Source of the DNA: an uncultured delta proteobacterium
GTDB taxonomy: Bacteria > Myxococcota_A > Polyangia > Polyangiales > Houyiibacteriaceae
NCBI GenBank assembly: GCA_963746475.1
Contig: CAVVBB010000002.1
Location: forward strand, 390,639-454,638
Direction of reading: 5' to 3'
DNA: 64,000 nt
A model generated the notes under the pieces. That model had not been told where the DNA came from. It saw only the letters and a program-made list of their open reading frames with translations, and searched no databases. Position numbers and translations under genes: made by a program. This document shows positions 1 through 8,971 of this stretch, in pieces (the first letter of the stretch is position 1; each line of letters starts with the position of its first letter).

Positions 1-1
1 G

Positions 2-175
2 GGTGAGCAGCCGGTGCTGCGCCCAGGGGAGAGCTTTCGGTACACGAGCGGCGCCGCCCTCAAGACCGAACGCGGCAGCATGCGCGGCAGTTATCTGATG
101 GTCACACCGGACGGTTCGGAGTTCGAGGCGCAGATCGCCGCCTTCGCGCTCGAGCGACCCTATTCGCTGAATTGA
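2..175 (+). CDS. apaG: ApaG (DUF525) protein, C-terminal part; 5' end lies outside the window
   Basis: Frame is open from the window edge: GEQPVLRPGESFRYTSGAALKTERGSMRGSYLMVTPDGSEFEAQIAAFALERPYSLN, with TGA at 173-175. The pattern PGE.F.Y.S...G.M.G.Y...F...I..F.L matches the conserved ApaG core as I recall it. Confidence 0.7.
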   Translation, partial: GEQPVLRPGESFRYTSGAALKTERGSMRGSYLMVTPDGSEFEAQIAAFALERPYSLN

Positions 176-247
176 GCTCCGGCCTCCGCTGGGACCGGGA
201 CGCTAGAGGCCGGCGAGCCAGCTGGGAGCCTGGCACAGTGGGCTGCG

Positions 248-766
248 TCAGCTTCCGGCGCGCGCGAGCGCTGCGCTGTCCCAGGCGGACTTGACCGTCT
301 TGTAGGTCTCGATGCCTGCTTCAGAGAGCTCCAGGGCGCCCGCGCCGACCAGGCGTTCGTGGACGCTTTTCGGGTCGGAGTCCCAACCTTGCGGCAGGTT
401 GAGCTTCACGTTGACGGGGACTCCGCCAAGCAGGCCTTGTTCCTCCATCGTCCACAGAGCCTCGGCCGCCAGGAACTGGCCCGCGACCTTGCGAAGCGCC
501 GAGCTGAGGTGGCTTGCCAAAGGAAACACGTCATAAAGGCCGACCGCGTCCTCGGGGACCGAGAGTGGTCCTCGGAGGGCTTTGAACACGGGCGCGGCGA
601 TGGGCAGCTCCACGAGATCGAGCCCGGCGATGTCCTGGCCCTGTGTCGCCATGAGCGAACGCTCCAGCGCGTCGCCGTGGCTACGCGTGATCGCGGCCGC
701 TCGAGCGGAGGCGTCTAGAAGGACGGTCAAAACCAAGAAAGGCCGCGGGTCTCGCTGTTCGCTCAT
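248..766 (-). CDS. hypothetical protein (172 aa)
   Basis: ORF with protein-like composition and G/C-rich third positions. No family recognised. Confidence 0.5.
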   Translation of the reverse strand: MSEQRDPRPFLVLTVLLDASARAAAITRSHGDALERSLMATQGQDIAGLDLVELPIAAPVFKALRGPLSVPEDAVGLYDVFPLASHLSSALRKVAGQFLAAEALWTMEEQGLLGGVPVNVKLNLPQGWDSDPKSVHERLVGAGALELSEAGIETYKTVKSAWDSAALARAGS

Positions 767-850
767 TTGCGCGCGTCTAGTTAGCGCATTTCCGGGGCCT
801 TGTGTAGTCCAGAGCTTGACGGGGCCTGGCGGGGTCGATAGCTAGGCGGG

Positions 851-1453
851 ATGCAGCGCATCGAGATCCACCCCACGCACCCCCAACCGCGCCGTATCAA
901 GCAGGCGGTGGAGCTTCTACGCAAGGGTGGGGTCGTCGTTTATCCCGCGGGGACGGTTTACGGGCTCGGCTGCGACATCAAGCAGAAGCGTGCGATTGAG
1001 CGCATCTACCAGGTCAAGCAGCTCAAGAGTGACCATCCACTGAGCTTCGTCTGTCAGGACCTCAGCGACATCGCTCGCTATGCCTTTGTCGACGACTTCG
1101 CCTACCGAATCATGAAGCGGCTCATTCCGGGGCCTTACACCTTCATCTTGAACGCCACCCGGGAAGTTCCGAAGCTTCTCGTTCGCAAGCGAAAGACAGT
1201 GGGCATTCGTGTGCCGGGTGACCCAGTGGCCCATGCGCTCGTAGCGGAGCTCGGGAGCCCCATCGTGTCGACCTCGGCAACCTTCGAGGGCCAGATCCTG
1301 AACGACCCCGACGAGCTGGCCGCACGATTCCACCACGTGGACGCGTTCGTGGACTCGGGTTGGGGCGGACTGGAACCGTCGACCGTGATCGATCTGACCG
1401 GAGATGAGCCGATCGTGGTTCGCGAGGGCGCTGGACCGGTGGACGTGGTCTAG
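851..1453 (+). CDS. tsaC: L-threonylcarbamoyladenylate synthase, YrdC/Sua5/TsaC family
   Basis: 200 aa. YrdC-fold motifs are present: VVVYPAGTVYGLGCD, PIVSTSATFEG, EPSTVIDLTGDEPIVVREG. Confidence 0.85.
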   Translation: MQRIEIHPTHPQPRRIKQAVELLRKGGVVVYPAGTVYGLGCDIKQKRAIERIYQVKQLKSDHPLSFVCQDLSDIARYAFVDDFAYRIMKRLIPGPYTFILNATREVPKLLVRKRKTVGIRVPGDPVAHALVAELGSPIVSTSATFEGQILNDPDELAARFHHVDAFVDSGWGGLEPSTVIDLTGDEPIVVREGAGPVDVV

Positions 1454-1566
1454 GTACCGACGCAGCTGGCCTCCGAGTCTGGAGTGCCCACTGGAGCCAT
1501 GCTCGCGTTGGACCTCGAGATGCTCGGGCCGACGGAGGCGATCGATGAGCCAGCCACGCTGCGCGT

Positions 1567-2835
1567 TCAGTCCTTGGCTTTGTGCATCGCCCCTTCTAGC
1601 TCCTTGATGTCCTCCGGCGACAACTGCGGACGGTCCACTTTGATCGTGAGCTTATCGAGCTTCGCGGTGAGTGTGAACGGCGGGTCGTAGTCTTCGTCGT
1701 TCACGCCCGTCAATGTGTCGGAACCGATGTCGAAGGCTTCGTCCCACTGGAGGATCATTGGCACTGTTTGCTTCATCGTGATCGTCTGCACGGCCTTGCC
1801 ATCGACTTTGAGCGTGCCCGTACCGGGACGGCCAAGACCGCTGAAGCTGTAGTAGGCGAGCGTTCATTCGGAGCGGCCAGTGGTGATGTTCGGGCGCGGC
1901 GCGATGAGACGGGCGGCCACCGAGGCGTCCATGGGGAAGACCTGGTGCTTCTTCGCCTCCTCGATGAACATCTCTTTCAGCTCCTTCACCTTCTCCGGAT
2001 GCTTGTCGGCCAGGTTCTCGGTTTGACTGAAGTCTTTGCGCAGATCGTAGAGCTCGAGCACCTGATTGTTGAGCGAGTCGGGATTGGCCACCCCGTACGC
2101 CTCCCAAGGTGCGCGATCTACCTTCGTGCATGCCGGAGGCTTCGAGGATGGTGGGGATGACGTCGATGACGTGCAGGAACTGTCTCGATCCATTCCTTCG
2201 TCGGGTGATGGGGCGCGTGCGTGGCGCCTGGGGCGTACTTCATGAAGAACGGCTTTTTGGGATCGATTTGCTCGATCCGCGTCATCCAATCGATGGCGTC
2301 GTCGGCCATGGCCGTGACGAGATTCCAGCCCGGCTTACCTTCGAACGGATAGATCTGCGTGGTGTTGCGGAAGAGGTTTGGCTCCCACTGGTTGGCGTCA
2401 CCGCCGACGAAGCCGTAGCAATACTCGAAGCCCATGCCGCTCGGCCACTGGTCGAAGGGTCCTGCCTGGCTGGCCGCGAAGGCCGGAGTATTGTGGTCCT
2501 TGCCGAACCAGGACGTGGCGTAGCCGTTGTCCTTGAGGACCCGGCCGATGCTGGCCTCGTCCCTGGTGATGATGCTGTTGTAGCCGGGGAAGCCCGTGGA
2601 CTGCTCCGAGATGACTCCGAAGCCGACGGAGTGATGGTTGCGCCCGGTGAGCAGCGCGGCGCGTGTGGGCGAGCAGAGAGCGGTGGAGTGAATGTTGTTG
2701 TAGCGACCATCGTTCGCGACGCGGTCCAGCGTCGGCGTCGGGATCACGCCGCCGAAGGTGCTGGGGACGCCGAAACCGGCGTCATCCGTAATGATGACCA
2801 ACACATTGGGCGCGCCCCGGGTCCCCGCGCGCGTT
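1567..2835 (-). pseudogene. arylsulfatase relic (long AtsA-type), 5'-truncated, with internal deletions, frame changes and an in-frame stop
   Basis: Pieces on the minus strand are in three frames. 2184-2835: NVLVIITDDAGFG...CSPTRAALLTGRNHH (sulfatase C-x-P-x-R signature)...FFMKYAPGATHAPHHPTKEWIE. 2120-2182: QFLHVIDVIPTILEASGMHEG. 1867-2121: VDRAPWEAYGVANPD..LELYDLRKDFSQTENLADKHPEKVKELKEMF. An in-frame TGA lies at 1864-1866. 1567-1863: ..GTGTLKVDGKAVQTITMKQTVPMILQWDEAFDIGSD... No start codon or signal peptide is present. Confidence 0.8.
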
Positions 2836-2937
2836 CGCGCTGACCGAGCGGGCCCAAGTGCGGTAAGCTGCCCCCGACGTCCTGGTGTCGAGCGGTGTGT
2901 CTTGCTCGTTCCACGACTCAGGGGGGCTGGTGTCGAT

Positions 2938-5900
2938 TTGAAGCTGTTCCATCCGTTTCTGTGCGTTCTGCTGGCATGGACCGTGTCCGGCGACGCGATC
3001 GCGCAGCCGAGCGCGGTCGAGTCAGAGTCCGTCACGCCGGCCACGCCCGTCGATGGGACGGCGCAGAGCCCCTCGGCGGAGGCCATGCGACAGCAGGCGG
3101 CGCGGATTCGGGACTTGATCGCGGAGCGGCTCGACGTCGCGGTCGATCCGCATTCGCTGTTCGCCCTCGACCTCTCCAGACCAGAGGCGAGTCTCCAGGT
3201 CGAGTCGTTGCTGGAGCAGCTCGACCAAGCTCGAGCTACGAGCTCGGGCTCGACAAAACGGCTCAAAGACGAGCGCTCCAAGCCCAGCGAGGCTGAGGAC
3301 CCGGAGCAAGCCGCTCGGGACGCACTCACCAAGGCGCAGCTCGATTTTCTTTCCCTGCCGGCCGCTGAGAGGCAAAGGTTGCTCGATGTCCATGAGCATC
3401 GGCGCCAACGGGCCCAGGCGCAGGCGGATCAGGAGGCGATCAAGCAGCAGCGACTGGGCGAGCTGACGGCCCAGGGTGACCAGCTCGAAGCGTTTCTGGA
3501 GGGTACGCTCGATCCGAGCGTGGACCCCAAGCCACTGCTGATCATCGATCTGTCGGCGACGGGCGAGCTCGCTCTGGACGCCGAACGCCGCCGGGGTTTC
3601 GTCACTGCGGAGTCGCCGACGAGCCCTGCGCCTGAAGACACCGAGCCGTCGGGACTCGACTTGCAGCTGCGCGTCGCGGCCGACCGCTTGGATGCCCTTC
3701 GACGGCGTTTCCTGGCACTCGACGAGGACGCCAAAGCTGAGCTCTTCGCCCAACACCGCCAACGAGGCCTCGAAACCCAATCGGCTTTGGAAGTGCAGGC
3801 TCAAGCGGCGGCGGACAGTGCGCGTAAGGCCGAACAAGCGCAGCAGCAGGCGAGTGGCGAAGCCCGCAAACACCTGGCGAACCGCAAAGCGGAGCTGCTC
3901 GAGGTGGAGCAACGCCAGGCCCGTTACGCTGAGGGGCTCGTCCAGCAGCGGGCTGAGCTCGAGCAAGTCCTCGACTCGGCTCTTGGCTGGCACCGCAAGG
4001 TCGAAGAGCTCGAGCGAAGCGATCTCGACGACCGAGCGACTCAGCAAGAGGCGGACCGGATGTACCCCAATCTCGTCCGGGATCTGACCGACGCACGAAA
4101 CGAGCTTCGGAGCGCCCTAGATTCGACGGGCTCGCCCGAGCAGGCCGTGCCCGAGCCCCCGCAACAAGACGAGGTCCAGCTCCCCGCGGAGCTGGATGAC
4201 GAGGCCGATGCGCTGCGGAGCTTGCGCCTAGTGCTGGACGGGGAAGCGGCGACGCTCCGCGCCGCGCAGAGACAGCTTTCCTGGGATCGCACGTCTACCC
4301 TGCGCGATGCCGTCGTCATGATCAACAACTCTCGGTTGAGTCTTTTCGATCAGCTCAGCCAGAAGCGGCGGAACGAGCTCTCTAGTTTCGGTTCGGAGGG
4401 CGTGCAGCAGGCGAAACGAGAGGTTGATGAGATCCTTCTCGAGGGCAGGTATCATCTCCAGGCCCTCCCGAGACAGCTGAGCGATTTGTCGGAGCGCCTT
4501 CAGTCGTCTCCGGGGCCGCTGATCGCATTGTTCTTTCAAGTCCTTCTACTGATTCTCGTCTTTCGATGGTGGCGAAAGAGAGCCGACGCTTTCCTCGAGA
4601 AACAGCAAAGAGCTTGGCTGCAGAAGAGGCCGCAAACGGAGTTCACGCGAGCCGTGGCCGGCTTGCTCTGGTACCTGCGTCGCGTTCGTAAATCCCTCGA
4701 GTGGCTAATGTTTTTGGGCGTCTTGACCGAGCTGATTGGCAACCGGCTCGGCGACTTCCGCGAGATATCCTACATGCGCATTCTCGTGCTCTGGGTGCTG
4801 GTCGGCGCATTCGTCATTCGCTTGATTGACGCCGTCGCAGACCGGCAGGGCCGGTCGAGCGAATTCGCGTCGAAGCTTCGCTTTCGCTCACTTCGCCTCG
4901 TCGGAGTCACGGTCGTGCTCGTAGGGCTCGTGCTGTCGATCGCGAACGCGAGCGTCGGAAAGGGCACCCTCTATGCCTGGGTCAGCAGCACCTGCTGGTT
5001 TCTCGCGATTCCCATTTTCATCGTGCTGGTGTATTGGTGGGCCGACACCATCTTTGAGCGCGCTGCCAAGCACGAATCGAGTCCGCTCCTGAGCGGGGCG
5101 GTCACGCATCAGGAAGGACTGCTCAAGTATCCCGCCGCTGCCGTGGCGGGGGTGTACTTGCTGATCGATGGCGTGTACGCGTTTTTTATGGGCAAGGCCA
5201 AGGAGCTTACCCTCGGCCGCAGTATTCTGGCCTACCTCTCGCGGCGACAAGTCGAAAAGCAGGTTTCTGGCGCTGGGGCCGATGTCAACATCGAGCCCAT
5301 TTCGCCCGAGCTCTACAAGGAGCTGACTGCAGAGGCTAGCGAGGACAGCGAGCTCGTGACCGCGTACATGTCAGCGCAGGTGCACGCGATGCGTGCGTTG
5401 GTCCGATCCGATGACGCAGCCATCGTAGCGGTCGTCGGCGAGCACGGAGACGGTAAAACGACTTTCTTGAGGCGTGTGGCGACCGACCTCGAAAAAGACG
5501 AGCACGTCGGGGTCGAGTGTCCGCTCGAGGGTCTCAATGCGCTCCGGGCTCGACTCGCCTTGGCGCTGGGGCTGGAACAGGAGGCCACTCCAAAGCAGCT
5601 ACAAGAGCGTCTCCACGAGCGCGCTCCGAAGGTCATCTGCATCGATGATGCACACCGACTGATCAAGCCGAGAATCGGGGGCATCAGAGACATCGAAGGG
5701 CTCATCCGCCTCATGCGTGCCGGGCACCCTGCGACCTCCTGGCTCGTCGCCATCAGCCTTCCGGCTTGGCATTATTTTCGTCGCGCTCGCGGGCAACGCA
5801 CGCCCTTCGACCAGATCATCGAGCTCAAGACCTGGGAGCCCGAGCAGATCGCCAAGCTCCTCGAGTTCCGTACGAGAGCTGCGGGTATCTCTCCGAGGTT

Positions 5901-6345
5901 TGATCGACTGACCGTGCCGCAGCAGTTTTCCGATTCACGTACTCCCACGGAGGAGCGCACGCGTACGGACTTCAGCCGGATTCTCGCCGACTACTCAGGC
6001 GGCAATGCCGGGGTCGCGCTCCACTTCTGGTGCGACGCGCTCCATACTCGGCCGCCCGACAGTGAGATCTGGGTCCGCATTCCCAAGGTGCCTTCCACCA
6101 ACGAGCTCGAGGAACATCGGAACGCCTTGTACTTCGTCCTGCGTACGATTCTACAGCTCGAGCGAGCTAGCATCAGCGATATCGTTCGCTGCACCGATTT
6201 AGAACCCGCGGAGGTGGCCGATGCCCTGCGAGTGGCCGAAATCAACGGCTACGTCGAGGAGAGGGATCGTCTCTTCGAGGTCCGCGTCGACTGGTATCCC
6301 GCCGTGACCAACATCCTTCGCCGCAAACACTTGATGCTGCTCTGA
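2938..6345 (+). CDS. large exported/membrane protein: signal peptide + ~500-aa coiled-coil region + multi-TM block + cytoplasmic P-loop NTPase + winged-helix-like C-terminus
   Basis: The ORF track gives 2758-6345, but third-position G/C rises only from ~2938, where a TTG follows AGGGGGG (2920-2926). An alternative TTG is at 2902. Signal peptide: KLFHPFLCVLLAWTVSGDAIA/QP. The following ~500 aa are rich in E/Q/R/A/L. Hydrophobic helices span nt ~4513-5200 (PLIALFFQVLLLILVF, ILVLWVLVGAFVIRLI, LVGVTVVLVGLVLSI, WFLAIPIFIVLVYWW, VAGVYLLIDGVYAFFM). Walker A GEHGDGKT is at 5437-5460 and Walker B VICIDDAH at 5632-5655. Confidence 0.8.
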   Translation: MKLFHPFLCVLLAWTVSGDAIAQPSAVESESVTPATPVDGTAQSPSAEAMRQQAARIRDLIAERLDVAVDPHSLFALDLSRPEASLQVESLLEQLDQARATSSGSTKRLKDERSKPSEAEDPEQAARDALTKAQLDFLSLPAAERQRLLDVHEHRRQRAQAQADQEAIKQQRLGELTAQGDQLEAFLEGTLDPSVDPKPLLIIDLSATGELALDAERRRGFVTAESPTSPAPEDTEPSGLDLQLRVAADRLDALRRRFLALDEDAKAELFAQHRQRGLETQSALEVQAQAAADSARKAEQAQQQASGEARKHLANRKAELLEVEQRQARYAEGLVQQRAELEQVLDSALGWHRKVEELERSDLDDRATQQEADRMYPNLVRDLTDARNELRSALDSTGSPEQAVPEPPQQDEVQLPAELDDEADALRSLRLVLDGEAATLRAAQRQLSWDRTSTLRDAVVMINNSRLSLFDQLSQKRRNELSSFGSEGVQQAKREVDEILLEGRYHLQALPRQLSDLSERLQSSPGPLIALFFQVLLLILVFRWWRKRADAFLEKQQRAWLQKRPQTEFTRAVAGLLWYLRRVRKSLEWLMFLGVLTELIGNRLGDFREISYMRILVLWVLVGAFVIRLIDAVADRQGRSSEFASKLRFRSLRLVGVTVVLVGLVLSIANASVGKGTLYAWVSSTCWFLAIPIFIVLVYWWADTIFERAAKHESSPLLSGAVTHQEGLLKYPAAAVAGVYLLIDGVYAFFMGKAKELTLGRSILAYLSRRQVEKQVSGAGADVNIEPISPELYKELTAEASEDSELVTAYMSAQVHAMRALVRSDDAAIVAVVGEHGDGKTTFLRRVATDLEKDEHVGVECPLEGLNALRARLALALGLEQEATPKQLQERLHERAPKVICIDDAHRLIKPRIGGIRDIEGLIRLMRAGHPATSWLVAISLPAWHYFRRARGQRTPFDQIIELKTWEPEQIAKLLEFRTRAAGISPRFDRLTVPQQFSDSRTPTEERTRTDFSRILADYSGGNAGVALHFWCDALHTRPPDSEIWVRIPKVPSTNELEEHRNALYFVLRTILQLERASISDIVRCTDLEPAEVADALRVAEINGYVEERDRLFEVRVDWYPAVTNILRRKHLMLL

Positions 6346-6354
6346 GGTTTCGAA

Positions 6355-7317
6355 ATGCGCTTGAGTCAGCCCCACCGAATCATTGCACTCCTCGTCGCTG
6401 TTTTGACGAGCCCAGCCTCAGCCCAAGCGCAGCCAAGCCTGGACGCGAGCGCTTTCGACCAGGTCGTCGGCGCGATCCGCTGGAGCGGAGTCGTCTCCTC
6501 CATCTTCGTGATCGTCGGCGCCTGGCTCGCGCTGCGATTCATGAACAACTTCGTGTCTCGCCTGAGCGAACAGTTCGCGGCGCGACGTTTGCTGTTCCAG
6601 AAGATCGGGACGATCGTTCAGTTCTTCGTCTATTTCGCCACCGTCGCGATGGTCATCGGCCTCAGCATTCGAATCGACGACCGGCTACTGACGGTCATCG
6701 GGGGCACCTTCGCGGTCGCATTGGGCTTCGGCGTCCGTGACCTAGTCTCTTCGATCATCGCGGGCGTGACCATCATGTTCGACCAACCGTTTCAGGTCGG
6801 CGATCGGGTTTCCTTCGGTGGCGAGTATGGAGACATTACGGCCATCGGTCTTCGCTCCGTTCGCCTGCGGACCCTCGACGACAACACCGTCACCATCCCG
6901 AACAACAGGTTCCTCACCGACGTGACCTCCTGCGGAAACTACGGCGACCTGGACATGCAGGTCGTCATGGATTTTTACGTCGGTCTTGACCAAAACATCA
7001 GCGTCGCGCGGAACATCGTCAACGAAGCGGCACTGAGCAGCCGCTACGTTCACCTTCCCAAACCCGTCGTCGTGCTGGTGAGCCAAGTGATTCAACAGAA
7101 CTACTTCGCCGTCCTCCTTCGACTGAAGGCCTACGTGCTCGACACTCAATATGAGAAAGACTTTGAAACAGACGTGAATCTTCGAGTCATGCGGGCGTTC
7201 GCGAAGGAGGGCATTCGGCCCCCGGCGATTTTGTACCGAAGCGAGGCGGCAGAGTCCGAAGACCCAGGTCCGTCCGGCGTGCTCGCGTTTCAGACCGCGG
7301 AAGACGCCTTCAGCTAG
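6355..7317 (+). CDS. mechanosensitive ion channel, MscS family (small type)
   Basis: 320 aa. Signal-like N-terminus ALLVAVLTSPASAQA, then TM helices. MscS beta-domain motif: IIAGVTIMFDQPFQVGDRVSFGGEYGDITAIGLRSVRLRTLDDNTVTIPN. The start is 9 nt after the upstream stop, with GAGG 7 nt upstream. Confidence 0.85.
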   Translation: MRLSQPHRIIALLVAVLTSPASAQAQPSLDASAFDQVVGAIRWSGVVSSIFVIVGAWLALRFMNNFVSRLSEQFAARRLLFQKIGTIVQFFVYFATVAMVIGLSIRIDDRLLTVIGGTFAVALGFGVRDLVSSIIAGVTIMFDQPFQVGDRVSFGGEYGDITAIGLRSVRLRTLDDNTVTIPNNRFLTDVTSCGNYGDLDMQVVMDFYVGLDQNISVARNIVNEAALSSRYVHLPKPVVVLVSQVIQQNYFAVLLRLKAYVLDTQYEKDFETDVNLRVMRAFAKEGIRPPAILYRSEAAESEDPGPSGVLAFQTAEDAFS

Positions 7318-7326
7318 AGTCCGCGC

Positions 7327-8634
7327 ATGGGGGATACAGCAAGTCTGCGAGGGGTGCTCGCGCGCAAGTCGATCGTTGGCTGGGCATTGTACGACTGGGC
7401 CAACTCGGCCTTTGCGACGACGGTGATGGCCGGATTCTTTCCGGTCTTCTACAGCGCGATTACCCAAGATCTCAGCGCGGAAGACTCCCAGTTCTATTTC
7501 AACCTCACGCTGGCGGCGGCCAGCGTCTTGATCGCGGTCTCGGCACCGGTCCTGGGCGCCATCGCGGACCGGGGCGGCAGCCGGAAGAAGTTCCTCGTCT
7601 TCTTCGCGAGCCTCGGCGTCCTGATGACCGGAGCGCTCGCCTGGGTGCACGCTGGCCACTGGTGGATGGGACTTCTCCTCTACGGGCTCGGCACGGTCGG
7701 TTTTTCCGGGGCGAACGTCTTTTACGACTCGATGCTCGTGGACGTGGCCGAAGACGATGAGCTCGACCTGGTGTCGGCGCTCGGCTACTCGGCCGGCTAC
7801 ATCGGCGGCGGGCTTCTCTTCTTGCTCAACGTGATGATGGTACAGAAACCCGAGTGGTTCGGACTCTCGGGGCCCGCAGCTGCCGTGAAGGCGTCCTTCT
7901 TGAGCGTGTCGCTGTGGTGGACACTGTTCACCCTGCCGCTGCTCAGATGGGTCGAAGAGACGCCGACGCCTGGGCAAGCCGGCCCCGTCCAGGCTGTTCG
8001 ACAGGGGCTTGCTCAGCTCGCCGAGACCTTCCAGCAGATCCGCAGCCTGAAGGTGTTGCTTCTGTTTCTCGTGGCCTATTGGATCTACATCGACGGGGTG
8101 AACACGGTCATCAAGACGGCCGTCTTCTTTGGGGACCGGATCCTCGGTCTCGAACAGAGCGCGCTGATCACCGCACTTCTGCTCACCCAATTCGTCGCAT
8201 TTCCGGCCGCGCTCGGATTTGGCGCCCTGGGCCAGCGAATCGGGGCCAAGCCCGCGATCCTGATCGGCCTCGCCGTTTACCTAGTCGCGCTGGTCTACGC
8301 ATGGCGCTTTCTCGAGGACGAGACCGACTTCTACGTGCTGGCCGTCGCCATCGGCCTGGTCCAAGGCGGTGTGCAGAGTCTTTCCCGCTCCCTCTACGCC
8401 CGACTCGTGCCTGCGGACAAAACCGCCGAGTTCTTCGGTTTCTTCAACATGGTCGGAAAGTTCGCCACCATCTTCGGACCGCTGCTGATCGCATTCACCC
8501 CCAAGCTGATCCCCGGCGCCAGTGAACGCGACGGCATCTTTTCTCTGACGATTTTGTTTGTGGTCGGGGGCTTCTTGCTCAGCCGGGTGCGGGTCGAAGA
8601 GGGCGTCCGAGCCGCGGGGAAGCTCGACGCCTAG
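7327..8634 (+). CDS. MFS transporter, UMF1 (Atg22-like) family
   Basis: 435 aa with about 12 hydrophobic helices. The N-terminal WALYDWANSAFATTVMAGFFPVFY matches the UMF1 signature as I recall it. Starts 9 nt after the MscS stop. Confidence 0.75.
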   Translation: MGDTASLRGVLARKSIVGWALYDWANSAFATTVMAGFFPVFYSAITQDLSAEDSQFYFNLTLAAASVLIAVSAPVLGAIADRGGSRKKFLVFFASLGVLMTGALAWVHAGHWWMGLLLYGLGTVGFSGANVFYDSMLVDVAEDDELDLVSALGYSAGYIGGGLLFLLNVMMVQKPEWFGLSGPAAAVKASFLSVSLWWTLFTLPLLRWVEETPTPGQAGPVQAVRQGLAQLAETFQQIRSLKVLLLFLVAYWIYIDGVNTVIKTAVFFGDRILGLEQSALITALLLTQFVAFPAALGFGALGQRIGAKPAILIGLAVYLVALVYAWRFLEDETDFYVLAVAIGLVQGGVQSLSRSLYARLVPADKTAEFFGFFNMVGKFATIFGPLLIAFTPKLIPGASERDGIFSLTILFVVGGFLLSRVRVEEGVRAAGKLDA

Positions 8635-8761
8635 TGACCCGTGCTCGTGGACTTCGTTCTGCGACGATGTGGCTCCCGAGTAAGTCTGAGCCGCGAGGGC
8701 CGATGCAACGCCGGACTGGAGCGCTTGGGAAGGATGTGAGCTGAGCTATGCTTGGCGCGGC

Positions 8762-8962
8762 ATGCGGCGTGCACTCATCGCGATCGGTTTGCTTCTCGTC
8801 GTTGCGGGCTTGCTCTGGCCCTGGCTGAGCCAGCTGCCCTTCGGTCGACTGCCGGGGGACATCGTCGTCGACAAGCCGGGCTTCAAGCTCTACCTGCCAA
8901 TTACGACTATGGTTCTCTTGAGTGTCTTTCTCAGTGCGCTCTTGTGGCTCTTTCGTCGGTAG
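8762..8962 (+). CDS. DUF2905 family small membrane protein
   Basis: 66 aa. Two TM helices flank the GRLPGDIVV motif typical of DUF2905. Confidence 0.65.
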   Translation: MRRALIAIGLLLVVAGLLWPWLSQLPFGRLPGDIVVDKPGFKLYLPITTMVLLSVFLSALLWLFRR

Positions 8963-8971
8963 ACCGCGGCT

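Noticed and set aside
816-844. A sigma70-like promoter guess (TTGACG, 17 nt, TAGCTA) upstream of tsaC
   Set aside because: The -10 match is weak and lies only 7 nt before the ATG. This is not enough to call a feature.
2758-2937. The N-terminal 60-codon extension of the 1195-aa ORF (ATG at 2758)
   Set aside because: Third-position G/C is low until ~2938. The extension overlaps the arylsulfatase relic and would place ~60 residues before an otherwise typical signal peptide. TTG 2938 (or 2902) is preferred.
3022-4047. 341-aa ORF antisense to the coiled-coil region of the large gene
   Set aside because: The sense frame has the consistent third-position G/C bias. Antisense frames of E/Q/R/A/L-rich coding DNA stay open by chance.
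6742-8190. 482-aa ORF antisense to the MscS and MFS genes
   Set aside because: Arg/Gly/Pro/His-rich nonsense composition, typical of antisense frames in GC-rich DNA. The sense-strand genes have clear family motifs.
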